From: Antedon mediterranea
Lineage: Eukaryota; Animalia; Echinodermata
Assembly: GCF_964355755.1 (NCBI RefSeq)
Contig: NC_092671.1
Coordinates: 18,600,001-18,664,000, forward strand
DNA length: 64,000 nucleotides
Direction of reading: 5' to 3'
Shown piece by piece: positions 40,601-53,425 of the stretch. Positions within the stretch are counted from its first letter, which is position 1; each line of letters begins with the position of its first letter. The translations under genes were made by a program, and so were the position numbers. The notes below the pieces were generated by a model, which made no database searches, was not told where the DNA came from, and saw nothing but the letters and a program-made list of their open reading frames with translations.

Positions 40601-43600
40601 GAATTTAGTCCGGTGTCCTGAGAAAAATATCATGGAAAGTGGGTTTAAATTTGTACCGGATTCAGACTCTGAATTCGGAGAAATGGATCAAGAAGATTTT
40701 TTCTTTACCAATCAACAGCTAGAATTATAAACTAGATTTAATTCGTCACTATGACGAATTATAGGTTATATGCATTGATTTAAATAAAGATAATTGATTT
40801 TTAAAAGATATATTGATTGATTGATTTTTTCAGAATCTTTAATTATTTATAATATATGATAGGACCTTGCTAACGCGACCACCGTAGCCGGTATCACAAT
40901 CCGATCAAAGATCCATATGCGTATAATGTCATAAACCACATTTGTTGTTACATAATAATAAAGACATAAGTTAATTTTTATCTAGATTTCATTATAAATC
41001 ATGTGTATAATCTATACACTAAGAAATAAATTTGAACAAACAATACGGATAAAAAAAAAAATCTTATTTCGTTTCCCAAGGTGAGACTCGATCTCGGTAC
41101 CTTGAATGCCATAGACACGAGCACAGACCATCGAGCCATACACAACTGACTAAAAGTTGTAGAAAAATTCCTCCGTGTATTTACTATGCAGTAACCAGTT
41201 TGGTGCAAATAGATTATTACATACCGCAATGAATTATAATTTTTTACTATGATGACATCTTTAAAATGTAAACAAATGATGCACTATCACACTATATACT
41301 TTTAACTTTAATATATGAACTTTGGAAGGAAGAAAGTTAATGTTAAGTTTGTTATTTTGGCCTAAGAAAATGTCATAATTTGTTTGATTGTCGAAATTAT
41401 TTTTTTTAAATTTAATATGCAATTAATGATGACTTAATCAACTTTTGTTCTCTTTATTTGATAATAAATCATACATATGATACATACACTTCAAGAAAAT
41501 GAAATAAAAAATAGGTGTTCCCCTGCATTCTGACGATATATATTAATTTTAAAATTTACCATATTTTCACCATTTTGTTAACTTTATACGTGCGTAGCCA
41601 GTCACTTTTGACGTGCTCGTATAACGCAATTTCGAGTTGAAACCTTAATCAAATATGATGATATTATTAAAGAAAGATTGTAAAACAGAAATCGGGCAAA
41701 AAGAGTGCGCATTAACGTTTAACGCGCAGTGCACGTGCAAAAATCTGCGCACTCATGGCAATTTTTTAAACGCTTAAAATTGCCTGAAACGTACTCTAAT
41801 TTCATCGAAAATAAATTTTGACAATTTTGAACATTTTAAGCGCGCGTACGCAAGCGTTATATGCGCTACGCACGTAATTTTATTTCCATATGATGAAATA
41901 TGACCTGAAATTCATGAGTACCAAATTTTGTTTAATTGTGATTCATGCTTGTGAAGATATGATTACAAACGTGATTTCGTAAAATCGCGCCTAGACCGCG
42001 TAATTTTTGATTACGCATCGTGAAAATATAACCACATCGATTCCTGGCCATAAGGAATATACTCTGAAAAATTGACTTAGATAGATGAAACTGATATCAA
42101 GATAATTCATGGACAAAATAGTGCTAAGGAAAGAATAAATAAATAAACTAGATTTAATTCGTCACTATGACGAATTATAGGTTATATGCATTGATTTAAA
42201 TAAAGATAATTGATTTTTAAAAGATATATTGATTGATTGATTTTCTCAGAATCTTTAATTATTTATAATATATGATAGGACCTTGCTAACCGGTATCACA
42301 ATCCGAACAAAGATCCATATGCGTATAATGTCATAAACCACATTTGTTGTTACATAATAATAAAAACATAAGTTAATTTTTATCTAGATTTCATTATAAA
42401 TCATGTGTATAATCTATACACTAAGAAATAAATTTGAACAAACAATACGGATAATAAAAAAAAATCTTATTTCCTTTCCCAAGGTGAGACTCGATCTCGG
42501 TACCTTGAATGCCATAGACACGAGCACAGACCATCGAGCCATACACAACTGGCTAAAAGTTGTAGAAAAATTCCTCCGTGTATTTACTATGCAGTAACCA
42601 CTTTGGTGCAAATGGATTATTACATACCGAAATGAATTATAATTTTTTACTATGATGACATCTTTAAAATGTAAACAAATGATGCACTGTCAAACTACAT
42701 ACTTTTAACTTTAATATATGAACTTTTGAAGGAAGAAAGTTAATGTTAAGTTTGTTATTTTGGCCTAAGAAAATGTCATAATTTGTTTGATTGTCGAAAT
42801 TAATTTTTTTAAATTTAATATGCAATTAATGATGACTTAATCAACTTTTGTTCTTCTAATTTCATAATAAATCATACATTTGATACATACACTTCAAGAA
42901 AATGAAATAAAAAATAGGTGTTCCCCTGCATTCTGACGATATATATTAATTTTAAAATTTAGCATATTTTCACCATTTTGTTAACTACGTGCGTAGCCAG
43001 TCACTTTTGACGTGCTCGTATAACGCAATTTCGAGTTGAAACCTGAATCAAATATGATGATATTATTAAAGAAAGATTGTAAAACAGAAATCGGGCAAAA
43101 AGAGTGCGCATTAACGTTTAACGCGCAGTGCGCGTGCAAAAATCTGCGCACTCATGGCAATTTTTTAAACGCTTAAAATTGCCTGAAACGTACTCTAATT
43201 TCATCGAAAATAAATTTTGACAATTTTGAACATTTTAAGCGTGCGTACGCAAGCGTTATATGCGCTACGCACGTAATTGTATTGCCATATGATGAAATAT
43301 GACCTGAAATTTATGAGTACCAAATTTTGTTTAATTGTGATTCATGCTTGTGAAGATATGATTACATACGTGATTTCGTAAAATCGCGCGTAGACCACGT
43401 AATTTTTGATTGCGCATCGTGAAAATATAACCACATCGATTCCTGGCCATAAGGAATATACTCTGAAAAATTGACTTAGATAGATGAAACAGATGCCAAG
43501 ATAATTCACGGACAAAATAGTGCTAAGGAAAGAATAAATAAATAAATAAATAAAGATTTTGACAGAATCAAGAGGTTATATGCATATCATGCATATAACC

Positions 43601-46600
43601 TAATTACCTCGCTTGAGGGTAACCAAATGCGTACTCGATGTGAAAAGCGCTCAACGCTCGCAATATTTTTCTTAGGGTACAGGACCGAATGCAAGCGCAA
43701 TGTGAAAACAGCTTAAGGATCCTATCGATCTTTATGCTTAATAAAATATTTTGAAGAATTATATAATCAGCAAAAAGATGATCACACTCATATTGAAAAT
43801 GATACCAATACAATAGAATACAGTACGAAAGCATTTTCATTTCATGGTATTTAAATTTGCTTTCATTGGTAAATTATTTAATAAATGGACTACGACTAAT
43901 ACACCTCCAATAATCAATATTTATGACAGCAACAAAACACGTCTGGTAATGGTTAATACTGTGATTATAGCTGGGGCTGCTTGGTTATACTTTATTTTGC
44001 GATATTCTTAACAGTATCTGTATTTTCTAAATAAAATTGTATCCCTTTGTTGATATATGGTGGTAATACCAGTAAAATTTTGTAATATTTTTGTTTGTAT
44101 ATCAACACTTTCATACAAAAAATAAGCATAATCATTCATTAAAATTTGATGAGGAACATTTTTTGGGAGCCACCAACATGATACTAATCTATGTACAGTA
44201 AATTTCCATAATCAATTCAATTTCCTTCATTTTTGCTTGGAAAATATATTTATTGTTAATGTTATTGTTTATGAAGGAAATAAATGTTATTTTGATTGAT
44301 TGAAAATGAAATTTCAAGGCGATTAGTAATCTCAGATTTGTCCTTTTTGTTTTGGAATTTGGTCGCCTAATTAGCAAGATATTGGCTAACAAACTGTTTT
44401 CCTACTGTAATCTTGCATGTTTATTGATCTTGTTATTTAATTGCTCACAGGATTATTTAATAAATACTCTATATACGGCCATACTGCGTTGAAACACCGG
44501 TTCTCGTCAGATCACCGAAGTTAAGCAACGTTGGGCCCGGTTGCGTTCTGGATGGGAGACCGTCTAGAAATCGTGGCGGGTGCTGTATATACTGGAGAGT
44601 GATGGTGTAATGGTAATATCGGACTAGCATGTGAAAGGCATGGGTTCGAGGTTATCTGTACCATACTAATTGCATCCTTAGGCAAGATGCTTTACTCTCA
44701 TTGCCTAATCTGGTAGGCGCTGCACTGCTGGCTGCTGTGGGTCCGTGGAGGGCCTAATCCGAATTTCCTCACTGAGGACAAATATTAATACAAAAAATAA
44801 TGAATTCAATATTTTTGTTACACACACTGAGCAATCGGAACGCGATGCTAGGCTAGGTTATTGACTGTGTGTTCGAAAATCAATCTGTAGTGTCACACTG
44901 ACTATAATTGTTACTCTACATTTAAATCTGGATTGCTAGATTTTTAATGGTTAGGACTTCCTAACCTCTCGTTAAAAGTAGTGTGTATTGAAAATATTTG
45001 AGTTCAATTTTTTTAAATATCACTTTTTCTTTAAATTTTAAAATGTACATTAACACTTTGACTGCCAAACACGAAGATCTTCGTGTTTTTTGGAAACACA
45101 ACGCTTGACTGTCAAACACGAAGATCTTTGTGTTTCACTTTTTTTTACGAAATCCGGTAGATAGGTTAATTATTGGTATAATACTATAAATATGGACACT
45201 AAATGTGCGGTCGGTATTTTACTAATTTGAAAGTAACTAATCTGGTTACGAACGACTGTCAAAATGGTACCTGTCGATATAACATACACCGCGAATCACA
45301 GTAGCGCGTAGAGCGATTGCTTGGCGCATTGTGTATCGGTCGCACGCTAGCTATGCCGCCGAAGCATCACAAAGGTTTTTGTGGATTGGCATGTTTGTTT
45401 GCTATCTGAATAAAAAACAATAGTCATTTTCAATATGAAGTCATTCATTTTATTATTGTATGTATACCATAATTGTTTTGGTGACCGACTTTCACGCAAC
45501 AAACTTGTTTAGAAATGGTATGGATATCATCATCAGTTTATTAGCTAGGCTAGTTGTACTAGGCTGGCCTAGGCCTAGTCTTAAAACGGTTCCGGACCGA
45601 CTTTAGGCCTGGTTAACTAGGCCTGGTGGGTTTACTATGTGGATTTTGGCGAAACATTGATGTAAGATTTATGATTTATAAAATGTGATACATTTTTCCA
45701 TAGTGATAACTTGTTTTTATAGGCCTATCGGTGCCGTGTAAGTAACTTTTTTGTTGTTTGTTGATCTCACCGGGCGATATTTTCATAATGAGATGTCTTG
45801 CACAAAATCGCAAATATCTCAACTTTCTTGCGCGAAACTACGATTGACTCAGGTCTCCGGCCCTCGAAACCTAAAAAATATCCCTCTTAGCAAATTATGA
45901 GAAAAAACGATGGTCAATAAAGAAGATGGCGAGTAAAAAAAAAACAAAATTGATGGCATTAACACAACAGGTTTTGTACCCGGGGCCAAGGCCAATGCTA
46001 CGGATGGGATGCCTGACTAAGCACTGACCTCTGTCAGCCATCCAACTGGTTTACGATCTATTGATTAAGATAGAATAGGCTTAGCCATATATAGAGAGTC
46101 CGAACAAGGCCTAGGCCCTCTAGCTAGAGTAGTAGGCTAATGTTTAATGACTATTTATTGGAGTGTGTAGAAAGCGATGACCACGAATTGGACGACCCCA
46201 ACGACCCGGGCGACCTCGAATTGGACGACCTAGAATTGGACAACCCATAACACGAAACCGACGACCCCTAGCCTACAGTAGCCTATCATTAAAACTGCAT
46301 TCGACTCGATTAGCACACGACCGTATACAATGCATGTGTGAACTGTAAAGCTTTCTTATGTCTCTCCCCATGCACATGTTCGCAACACGCTGCATGGTAG
46401 GCCTATACTATAGTGTTGGTTATAAGAAGACGAGATGTAATTATACGTCCATGGTTTAACCATGTAATGTATAATATTTATTTCTATTTAATTTATTTTT
46501 AATATGTCGAATGCAGTTTTAATGATGCACTCTTGGCGTTCCATATCTGTTTGTTTGTTCATGTCGACACATTCAGTATCAAATGGCACTGTTTCTGTAT

Positions 46601-47223
46601 TTTTTCAATCAATTGCTTGCTTCAAGTATTATATAAGGTATGGTTTAAAGATCTGACTTTAGCTATGTTCGGCTTCGGGATGTTATACCACACTTAGGCC
46701 TAGGCTATAGGGGTCGTCGGTTTCGTGTTATGGGTTGTCCAATTCTAGGTCGTCCAATTCTAGTAGGTCGTCCCAATTCTAGTAGGTCGCCCGGGTCGTT
46801 GGGGTCGTCCAATTCGAGGTCATCGCTTTCTACACACCCCTATAATTTATATTTATTGGCATTTCACGAGTCAATCAAACTCAACTCAAAAAGAAAGGAG
46901 ATACAGTAGGCCTAGCTTAGCTAGGTCTAGACTAGATCCTTCACAAAGAATCATAAAATATCATCAACCAAAAAAGGCTAATTTGTTTACATACATTTAA
47001 ACCATCGAGTCGCGGCTGTTTGCCCTCTTACTTGATATGGGGTGATGGAGGCTGATGTGGTGGGCCGCCAGCCGACGACGACGACGACCGGCCGGGGGTA
47101 AATAAAATAAAAATATATTTTATCAACTAAATGTCCACTTGATTTTGATTATATACTTACAATATACAATGTGTTTAATGCAATAAGTGCATTTCTGCTA
47201 CAGTGGAAATCTCCACAACCCAT
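31663..47223 (-). CDS. TSPAN13: Tetraspanin-13/31-like protein
   Basis: Exons 47223-47161 ([21 protein letters not shown]), 39815-39648 (..[15 protein letters not shown]), 39271-39065, 38157-38026 (..[11 protein letters not shown]); terminal exon is either 34087-34013 or 31737-31663 ([16 protein letters not shown]). Confidence 0.93.
32690..32954 (-). mobile_element. tRNA-derived SINE with Nin/Deu-like domain
   Basis: Minus strand TGGCTGAGCGGTTAAGG (A box), GGTTCAATTC (B box), ACAAGTCTTCTCGGATA..GAAAGAGTAAGAGGTTACCC. Confidence 0.65.
34013..34087 (-). CDS. TSPAN13: Proximal alternative terminal exon of the TSPAN13/31-like gene
   Basis: TTTAG acceptor then [24 protein letters not shown]; 75 nt, phase 0. 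Confidence 0.85.
   Translation of the reverse strand: MVGVWLAIRYRNQKDPRANPSAFL
34825..36072 (-). pseudogene. Sola-type transposase C-terminal fragments
   Basis: [34 protein letters not shown](CD)GIGGTVKR at 35659-36072 and [20 protein letters not shown] at 34825-35193, interrupted by a SINE. Confidence 0.82.
35282..35660 (+). mobile_element. Nin/Deu-domain SINE nested in the Sola transposase
   Basis: TCTCGGATAAGGACTATAAACCGTAGGTCCAGTGT..TTAAAGAATCCAG..TTCGAAAAAGAGTAGGGG resembles the Nin/Deu central domain; boundaries approximate. Confidence 0.7.
38215..38640 (+). repeat. Degenerate HINE-like element with internal tandem repeats
   Basis: 5' TGCAT..ATAACCT..TTGATTCTGTC..ATCTTTATT(TATT)n matches the 5' end of the 40.7-43.6 kb element; recurring CCCCTGACGTT, TGTTTCTTATC and GATCGTTTTGCTG blocks. 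Confidence 0.5.
39272..39647 (-). other. U12-type (minor spliceosome) GT-AG intron
   Basis: 5' site GTATCCTTT; branch TTTCTTAAC about 10 nt before the TAG acceptor. Confidence 0.88.
40731..43602 (-). mobile_element. Head-to-tail dimer of a non-autonomous Helentron/HINE (DINE-1-like), 1416-bp period
   Basis: Copies start at 40731 and 42147. Minus-strand 3' hairpin AATTCGTC-n5-GACGAATT plus CTAG; subTIR TAGGTTATATGCAT; 5' palindrome AGGTTATATGCAT-ATC-ATGCATATAACCT; (TTTA)n; no TSD; splits a MITE. Confidence 0.8.
44471..44590 (+). pseudogene. 5S rRNA-derived sequence forming a SINE head
   Basis: TACGGCCATACTGCGTTGAAACACCGGTTCTCGTCAGATCACCGAAGTTAAGCAACGTTGGGCCCGG..GGATGGGAGACCG..GGGTGCTGTA; no oligo-T terminator; box C region diverged. 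Confidence 0.85.
44471..44800 (+). mobile_element. Composite 5S rRNA + tRNA + CORE-like SINE
   Basis: 5S head, then GATGGTGTAATGGT..GGGTTCGAG (tRNA boxes), TGCATCCTTAGGCAAGATGCTTTAC (CORE-like) and an A-rich tail. Confidence 0.7.
46160..46840. mobile_element. MITE with ~110-bp TIRs of GACGACC/GAATTGG subrepeats, containing a nested element with 21-bp TIRs
   Basis: 46160-46270 is the reverse complement of ~46707-46840; inner perfect TIR ATCATTAAAACTGCATTCGAC at 46285-46305 / 46506-46526. Confidence 0.78.
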
Positions 47224-47774
47224 TTTTGTAGAAAAATTCAGTTAAAAAAGAGAATAATATTAATTCTGACGAAATTGTTATCGTTTGTTCGTCTTTTTCA
47301 GCTCTCTCAATGATGATTGCCACATACATTTCGTTGCCATGTTATTAAATTATTCTGTGAATATAAAGCATGAATAATCAAACAATACCAAGTTGTATTT
47401 CAATTTGTATTAATCATAAAAAATATTTATACCTTCAAATAAAGTATAAAAAATCTACTGACTGCCTAATTTTAAAAATAACGGATGAGTAGTAGCAAAA
47501 CATGGTAAATATTTCTGGCAAAATAATTATGAGGCCAAGTGTCAATGGTCAATGACCGAAGAAGATAGAGTAATAATTATTTATGACACAAACAAACACA
47601 CCATAGATATAACCGGTTGGTGGCGCAAATTTGGCGCAAAACAAGGCCGGCTAGAAAAAAAAATAAACAAAACATGCACTACTCTATGCCGCCTAGTAGT
47701 AGAGCCTAGCCTAGCCTGGTCTATCTCTTTTGTTTTGTATTTTACCACTGTAAAAGTAAACTTATCTCTTCAAA
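47224..47774. promoter_or_regulatory. Putative bidirectional promoter (TSPAN13/31 and GATAD1)
   Basis: Divergent ATGs 551 bp apart; tandem TGGCGCAAA (E2F-like) at 47621-47640. Confidence 0.65.
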
Positions 47775-50012
47775 ATGCCGTTCGGAACAAAGCCGTGTTG
47801 TACTATTTGTAAAACGACAAACTCTACAATGTGGAGAAGGAATTATATTCGACAAGTAATGTGTAATTCTTGTTTTCTAGCACAACAACAAGAAGAAGAC
47901 GAGCAGGATGTCGAAAAATGTCGCACAAATTCACTACTTAAACAAAATAGTAATAACAACGCTGGCAAAACACAAAATGGAAAAAAGTCTAAGGGCAACA
48001 GAAAATGTCGTCTTAAACAGTCAAATCACACAGCTACAAAGGGGAAAAGTAGACGTGTCATTTTCAAGAGAAATGTTAGTATCTTTTTTTATCTGATTCA
48101 TTTTGAGAAAAAAAAGAACTCTGAACTGTCAGTTTAGAAAACTGGGCACATACATACCTACCTACTACAGTACCACACAGCCTTGTTTGTTTTTATTTAT
48201 TAAATTTACTTTGATCTTGACACTTTTTTCCATTATAATATTTATTAATTATTATGTAGCCTAGGCCTATACTTTATAGGCCTAGATTTACTACACTATT
48301 TTCCAATCAAATGTTGCTAGGCCTAAATATTTTTGTTTCTTTTTTAGCCCATGAAGTCCCCACCTTCCGTGTCTACTATTGTAACTTCAAATGGAATATT
48401 TTATCAGGTAAATATTTTGTTTTTCTTAATCTTATTAAGGGTCAAACCTGCTGCAATGTTCAGTTTTCACAGTGCCACGCAGCTACGTGTCATTGTTTCA
48501 ATAAAGTAAAAAAGATCATTACTTTTCAACTGTATGCAATATTCGATAAGCATGTGGCGTGCCGTGAAAACAAAAAATACTGTGTGCAATCCAACGCGAG
48601 CCAGATTGGAGCAGATTGGAAACACCTCTTTTAGACTGAATATTGAATTCCCAATTTTATTTTTTACAAGCATAGATACAGATGAAATTGATTCACAATC
48701 TTGTTTTCTTCTATATAGGGTATATATATTCAAGTAGGAGATATTGTATCAATTATAGACATTGAAGGCGGTATATTTTACGCACAAATTCGAGGCTTGC
48801 TGCAGGATCAGTATTGTAATAAGAGTGCTGTTATAACATGGTTACTCCCAACACAGGCTACAAACAAGTCCAAATTCGATCCTTCAACATATATTGTAGG
48901 TAAGATCAAAGGCCTTAAAACATGGTGGTTAAAGATGCTTGCCACTGATCCCTGGTTCAAATCAACTCTACTCTAAAAGATTTGTGATATAGAGCTCTGT
49001 TTACACTATCAAACTAGTGTGATGTGGCCAAATATGGTAGTGAAATGAAATCATCATGTCCATAAAAGGGCACATCATATTTTTTGCCACATAAAGTTTG
49101 GTAGTGTTGATAGTGATTAAAACTGCCAGTGTTAAATTTCCTAATGAAGTCTGATGCATCAGATATCTGAACTTGTTTTAAAGAAAATCCTAGACTTTCA
49201 AAAGTCAAACTTCGGCTAAAAACATATACTGTCTATGCTCACACTACCTATTCGCGTTTTTGCAATGGAGATTGGAGTTATTATTATATTATTATTTGCA
49301 AAAATAAAATGATATCCTTCGCAAAACTGGTGAAAATGAGAATTTCCCTTCAAAAAAATATTTTTACATTGAAACAAGAATTCTGTTACTGTAGCCCTAT
49401 GATTAAATAAAGTAAATTTTGTTGGTTCCTAATTAATTTCATACCCTTTTAATTTTGTCTAGTACAACATTTGTACTATTTCACTATTTTACTCATTCAA
49501 CTTCTATTGCTATTTTTTAAAAAGAACTTAAAACGCATCTTTTTAACATCCAATATAAGCGCCTTTGATTTTTACTTCGGTTTAGTTGATTCTGGCGCTA
49601 TACAAATACCTAAATTATTATTATTTCAATGCATCACGTAAAAAATTTCGATTTCACTTTACCATAAATGGGTTTACTTGAATTGCTCATGATCTGTTTT
49701 TATCATCACACCACACCTGATCACTATGAATAAACCTTCAATTAAGATTCCCACCCCATATGCCGTTTTCTTTATTGTTATTAAGCTTCCTAATAATAAT
49801 TATATTTTTTTTAAATGGCAGGTCCAGAAGAAGATATTCCACGATCATTAGAATATATGGAATTTGTCTGTCATTGTCCATCGGATTACTTCAAACTCAT
49901 AGACACTCCTTATCCAGTTATACCACCAAGAAATGACACAAACTTTATATGGACGAATATTGGCCCTAAACAACTACCCACAACAAGCCAAATATTTGGG
50001 TCAGCATCTTGA
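47775..50012 (+). CDS. GATAD1: GATA zinc finger domain-containing protein 1
   Basis: Exons 47775-48074, 48348-48407, 48719-48899, 49822-50012. MPFGTKPCCTICK..MWRR..CNSC, KGKSRRVIFK, YAQIRGLLQDQYCNKSAVITWLLP, GPEEDIPRSLEYMEFVCH. Confidence 0.93.
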
Positions 50013-51644
50013 AAAAATGTAGACAATTTGAAATGATTATTACACCCACTTTACATATTAAATTCACAATACTGTATATCTTTATACTTTTTTAACTGTA
50101 ATAACTGTATGCTCAAACAAAATGTATAATAGGTAGTATAGAGATTATTTAATAAAACAGTTCAATTATGTTGAATGAAATGAAATCTTGGTGTTATTGA
50201 CGCCACAACCATCTCAATAAATTACCCAGCTGTATATAAACCATATACTGTAAATCATGATACACACAAAAGGAGTATTTGAGGGGATTGTGTTTGCAAG
50301 GAAACTAAATTTGCCAGAAATCTAGAATCTGGATCTAAAAAAATAACAGTTTAATCTTTATGTGGGTTCATCCTTGTACTTTTATTTCCATACATATATG
50401 TTACTCATCTCTATACATTTTTCTCTAAAAAACAATAAAATGATGATGAAAAACATGAAAAGAGTATTTGAGGGGATAATATGTGCAAGAGAAAATAAAT
50501 TGGCCAGAATTCGAGAATCATCTGGCTATTGGCAAAACAATTGGAAAACGAGCTGTGTATATACTGTAAACCATATAAATGATGACAAACACAAAATGAA
50601 GTATTGGAAGGGATACTGTGTATGAAATTAAATTGGCCAGGAATCAAGAATCATCTGGGTCTTGACAAAGACCCATATGTAACGAATATCTTTTGAATGT
50701 AGAGGCCAAAACATAGTCTATAAGAGCAGAATGAAAATTAACTCCCAGTCCGTAAGGGTTCTTATAGATGTTTTTCCGTGTTTCTTCTGACACTCCCACA
50801 ACATTTAACACTGCACTACATCCTCATTTTTTTAAACCAAACTACAGAAGCTGTCCAATTTATTGGATTCAAGCTTTCCTGTTCATTATTGTATTCAAAC
50901 TGATTTTAATGCTGATGAACTGAACAGTTGTTAAGAGAATGTGCCTTTGGTATGTTGTAACCAGGATTATGGCTGTACTGGCATTGACTACAATTTATAT
51001 TGTCTCTGGTTACACGACTAATTAGTGAGCCCATTAATTAGAATACTGTGTTGTTTTTCAAAAGGACTTTTGAAATATTATCACCAGAACTGGCGGCGCT
51101 TAATGAGTTCATGTATAGTCCTCTGAATTGTTATTGGTTGGGAACATTGGAGCAAATTTTAAAACGAAACTCATCTCAAACTTGTGAGAGAAATATGAGA
51201 CAGGGCCATATTTCTTTTATTCAAATATTTAATAATATTTCTTATTCAAATACCAACCCACACCATTACTATTGTTATAGCATTATGCCACTATTATTAG
51301 TTAATATTAAACAATGTTACAAAATAAACAAAATGCTTTTTAGTGGAGCATGCGCCGTTAAGCTGACATGTATTTATTGTACCCACCTCCAAATAGAATC
51401 AAAATGCTTAATACCAGATCCAAAAAACTATCAAACTTAGCTAAATTTATTCATTTGAAATTTTGTATTTGTTTTAGTTAGATGTTGCTTTTCGATATAC
51501 CAATTTTGTATAAGACCAAAACAATTATGTCTGGAAGTGTTTAGTTTGTTTCTGTTCAAGATTGAAAGAATATTCTTTCATACCCTGAAAAGGGTCGTTA
51601 AAGAAATAAAGAATCATTGTCATTGTCATTGTCATTGTCAAAAC

Positions 51645-51780
51645 GAGCGCGAGTGGGACGGTTAGTGACGTATTGCAACTGGGCAGCAAATCCCAGATCA
51701 GGGACCATGGGTTGGATTCGAATAGGCCCGGTGATTAGGTGTGATGTAGATGACCAAACCACTAGCCAATCACCAGACAC
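51645..51780 (-). mobile_element. tRNA-derived SINE fragment next to (CATTGT)n
   Basis: Minus strand TGGCTAGTGG..TTCGAATCC boxes. Confidence 0.45.
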
Positions 51781-53425
51781 TATACTTTAAATAAATCATA
51801 TTGATAATTAAAGGAGATTCATGAAAAACCGCTGCTTATCTATACATTTAAAACCAAATTATTGCACTGTACACCACCGCACACGGTAAAGACATACCTA
51901 TGTATATGACTAAATGCATTATTTAATATTCTTTAAATTAACGTCATTTTTTCGTAGTTTTTCGGATTAACATGAATCTTATTAAAATATAAAAATTGCA
52001 TATTTTGTTATGTGATTCGCAACGTTCTAGAGGGCCGCGGTAAGTTCAAAGAGCGTGTTTGTTTGGCAGCAGTGCTTTACTACTAGCGCGTATCTTTTTG
52101 CTATTTAATCCATGATCGTACTTACGAAAATTTTTGAAGCAAGGGGAAGCAAGAACTGGTTAATGAGTACTGTATTTCCGTTCTCAAAATAAAGATATTA
52201 TGATTATTAATTAACATCCTTTTATTCTTTTATTTATAGCAGTTATTAATTAAAGGGTAAGCTCATCTGTAACGTGATAAATCAAATGAGTACAGTCATC
52301 GATCATCTAAAATATACGCACTGGATTAATCACTAATATTTCCTTATGTAGGCCTACTTTAGAAAAGCTATGACTTCACATTTCAATTTACTTATTATTA
52401 TTATATAGGTTTTACAGTCTGAACTAATATAAGGGTTTTCGTGTAGAGATGATTGTGCAGTAATTACACATTTAAGGCCATATATTGAATTAGGTATTCT
52501 TACATTCGGCGTAATATCATTATTTCAAACATGTTATGTGATGCCCTTATATAGGCTACTACGTGTTACAAATGCATATACATTATCATTGAGTAAGCTA
52601 CGTAAGTTGTATAACACAATGTGTATCTATATCGTTCCTCTTAAAAAATGAATATGTTTTAGTTTCAAATCCACATTTGACTGCATGGCCTATCTATCTA
52701 TACCAGCAATAAAAACCATCATTAAAATTAAATGAACGATTGAAGGCAACAAGATACAACACTAGAAAGATACAACGTCACAGAATGTCATCGATTCATT
52801 TATGACTCATTTTTATTCTGCTTGTATTCAAAATGATATATAAATTATAAAGCATGTCATTAATAGTGAGTCGCATGTTGATCGTATTGAAGCAGGGTCT
52901 GACTTAAGTCTTTCATTAAAGCAGATCGTTTTCACTCGGCAGAACGTAAAGTTCATTAGGCCTATATAACCGGAAGAGGTGAGGTTTATAATACCGGATC
53001 AACATCAGGTTTGCCAAAAACAAGTACGCATAGATCCTATATTTTCCTACGTACAGTGTTGTTTGTATGGGTTTAGTAATTATAAACTTGAACACGGAGT
53101 ATTCAAGTAAGGGTGATAGTTCAATAATGATTTTGTATTTTGAAAGAGCACACACCCTTTAAAGAATACAGAGGACGATGATTGAAAGACGAGATTAGTA
53201 TTGATGTATTGATTTGACTATTGGAATTAGAAGTTGCTTGTGATTCTGTTCATATTTGAAAGAATGTATAATACAGTACACTACAGTAGTGTACCAGGTA
53301 ATGCAGTGAACATTCTTTACTAGGCCTTACGTTTGAATGAGATGATTCACCGTTAGAACGATAATCATTCGTTTATTTTTCCCTGATACTCGCTGAACTC
53401 ATTTCGATTCATTCAGTCACTCAGT

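Noticed and set aside
40999-42611. Duplicated short ORFs (40999-41229, 42403-42611)
   Set aside because: Inside the HINE units, no recognisable domain, frames differ between copies.
44471-44590. Functional 5S rRNA gene
   Set aside because: Single copy, diverged internal control region, no T-run terminator, fused to a SINE body.
45050-45136. piggyBac-like end TTAA-CACTTTGACTGCC with a duplicated motif
   Set aside because: No matching opposite terminus found in the window.
50250-50660. Three degenerate ~150-190-bp repeats after GATAD1 with an 87-aa ORF
   Set aside because: Decayed local tandem repeat with no coding signature.
53178-53297. Possible upstream signal-peptide exon of the first Ig receptor
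   Set aside because: In-frame stops and a phase mismatch with the candidate acceptor; the ORF has its own hydrophobic leader.
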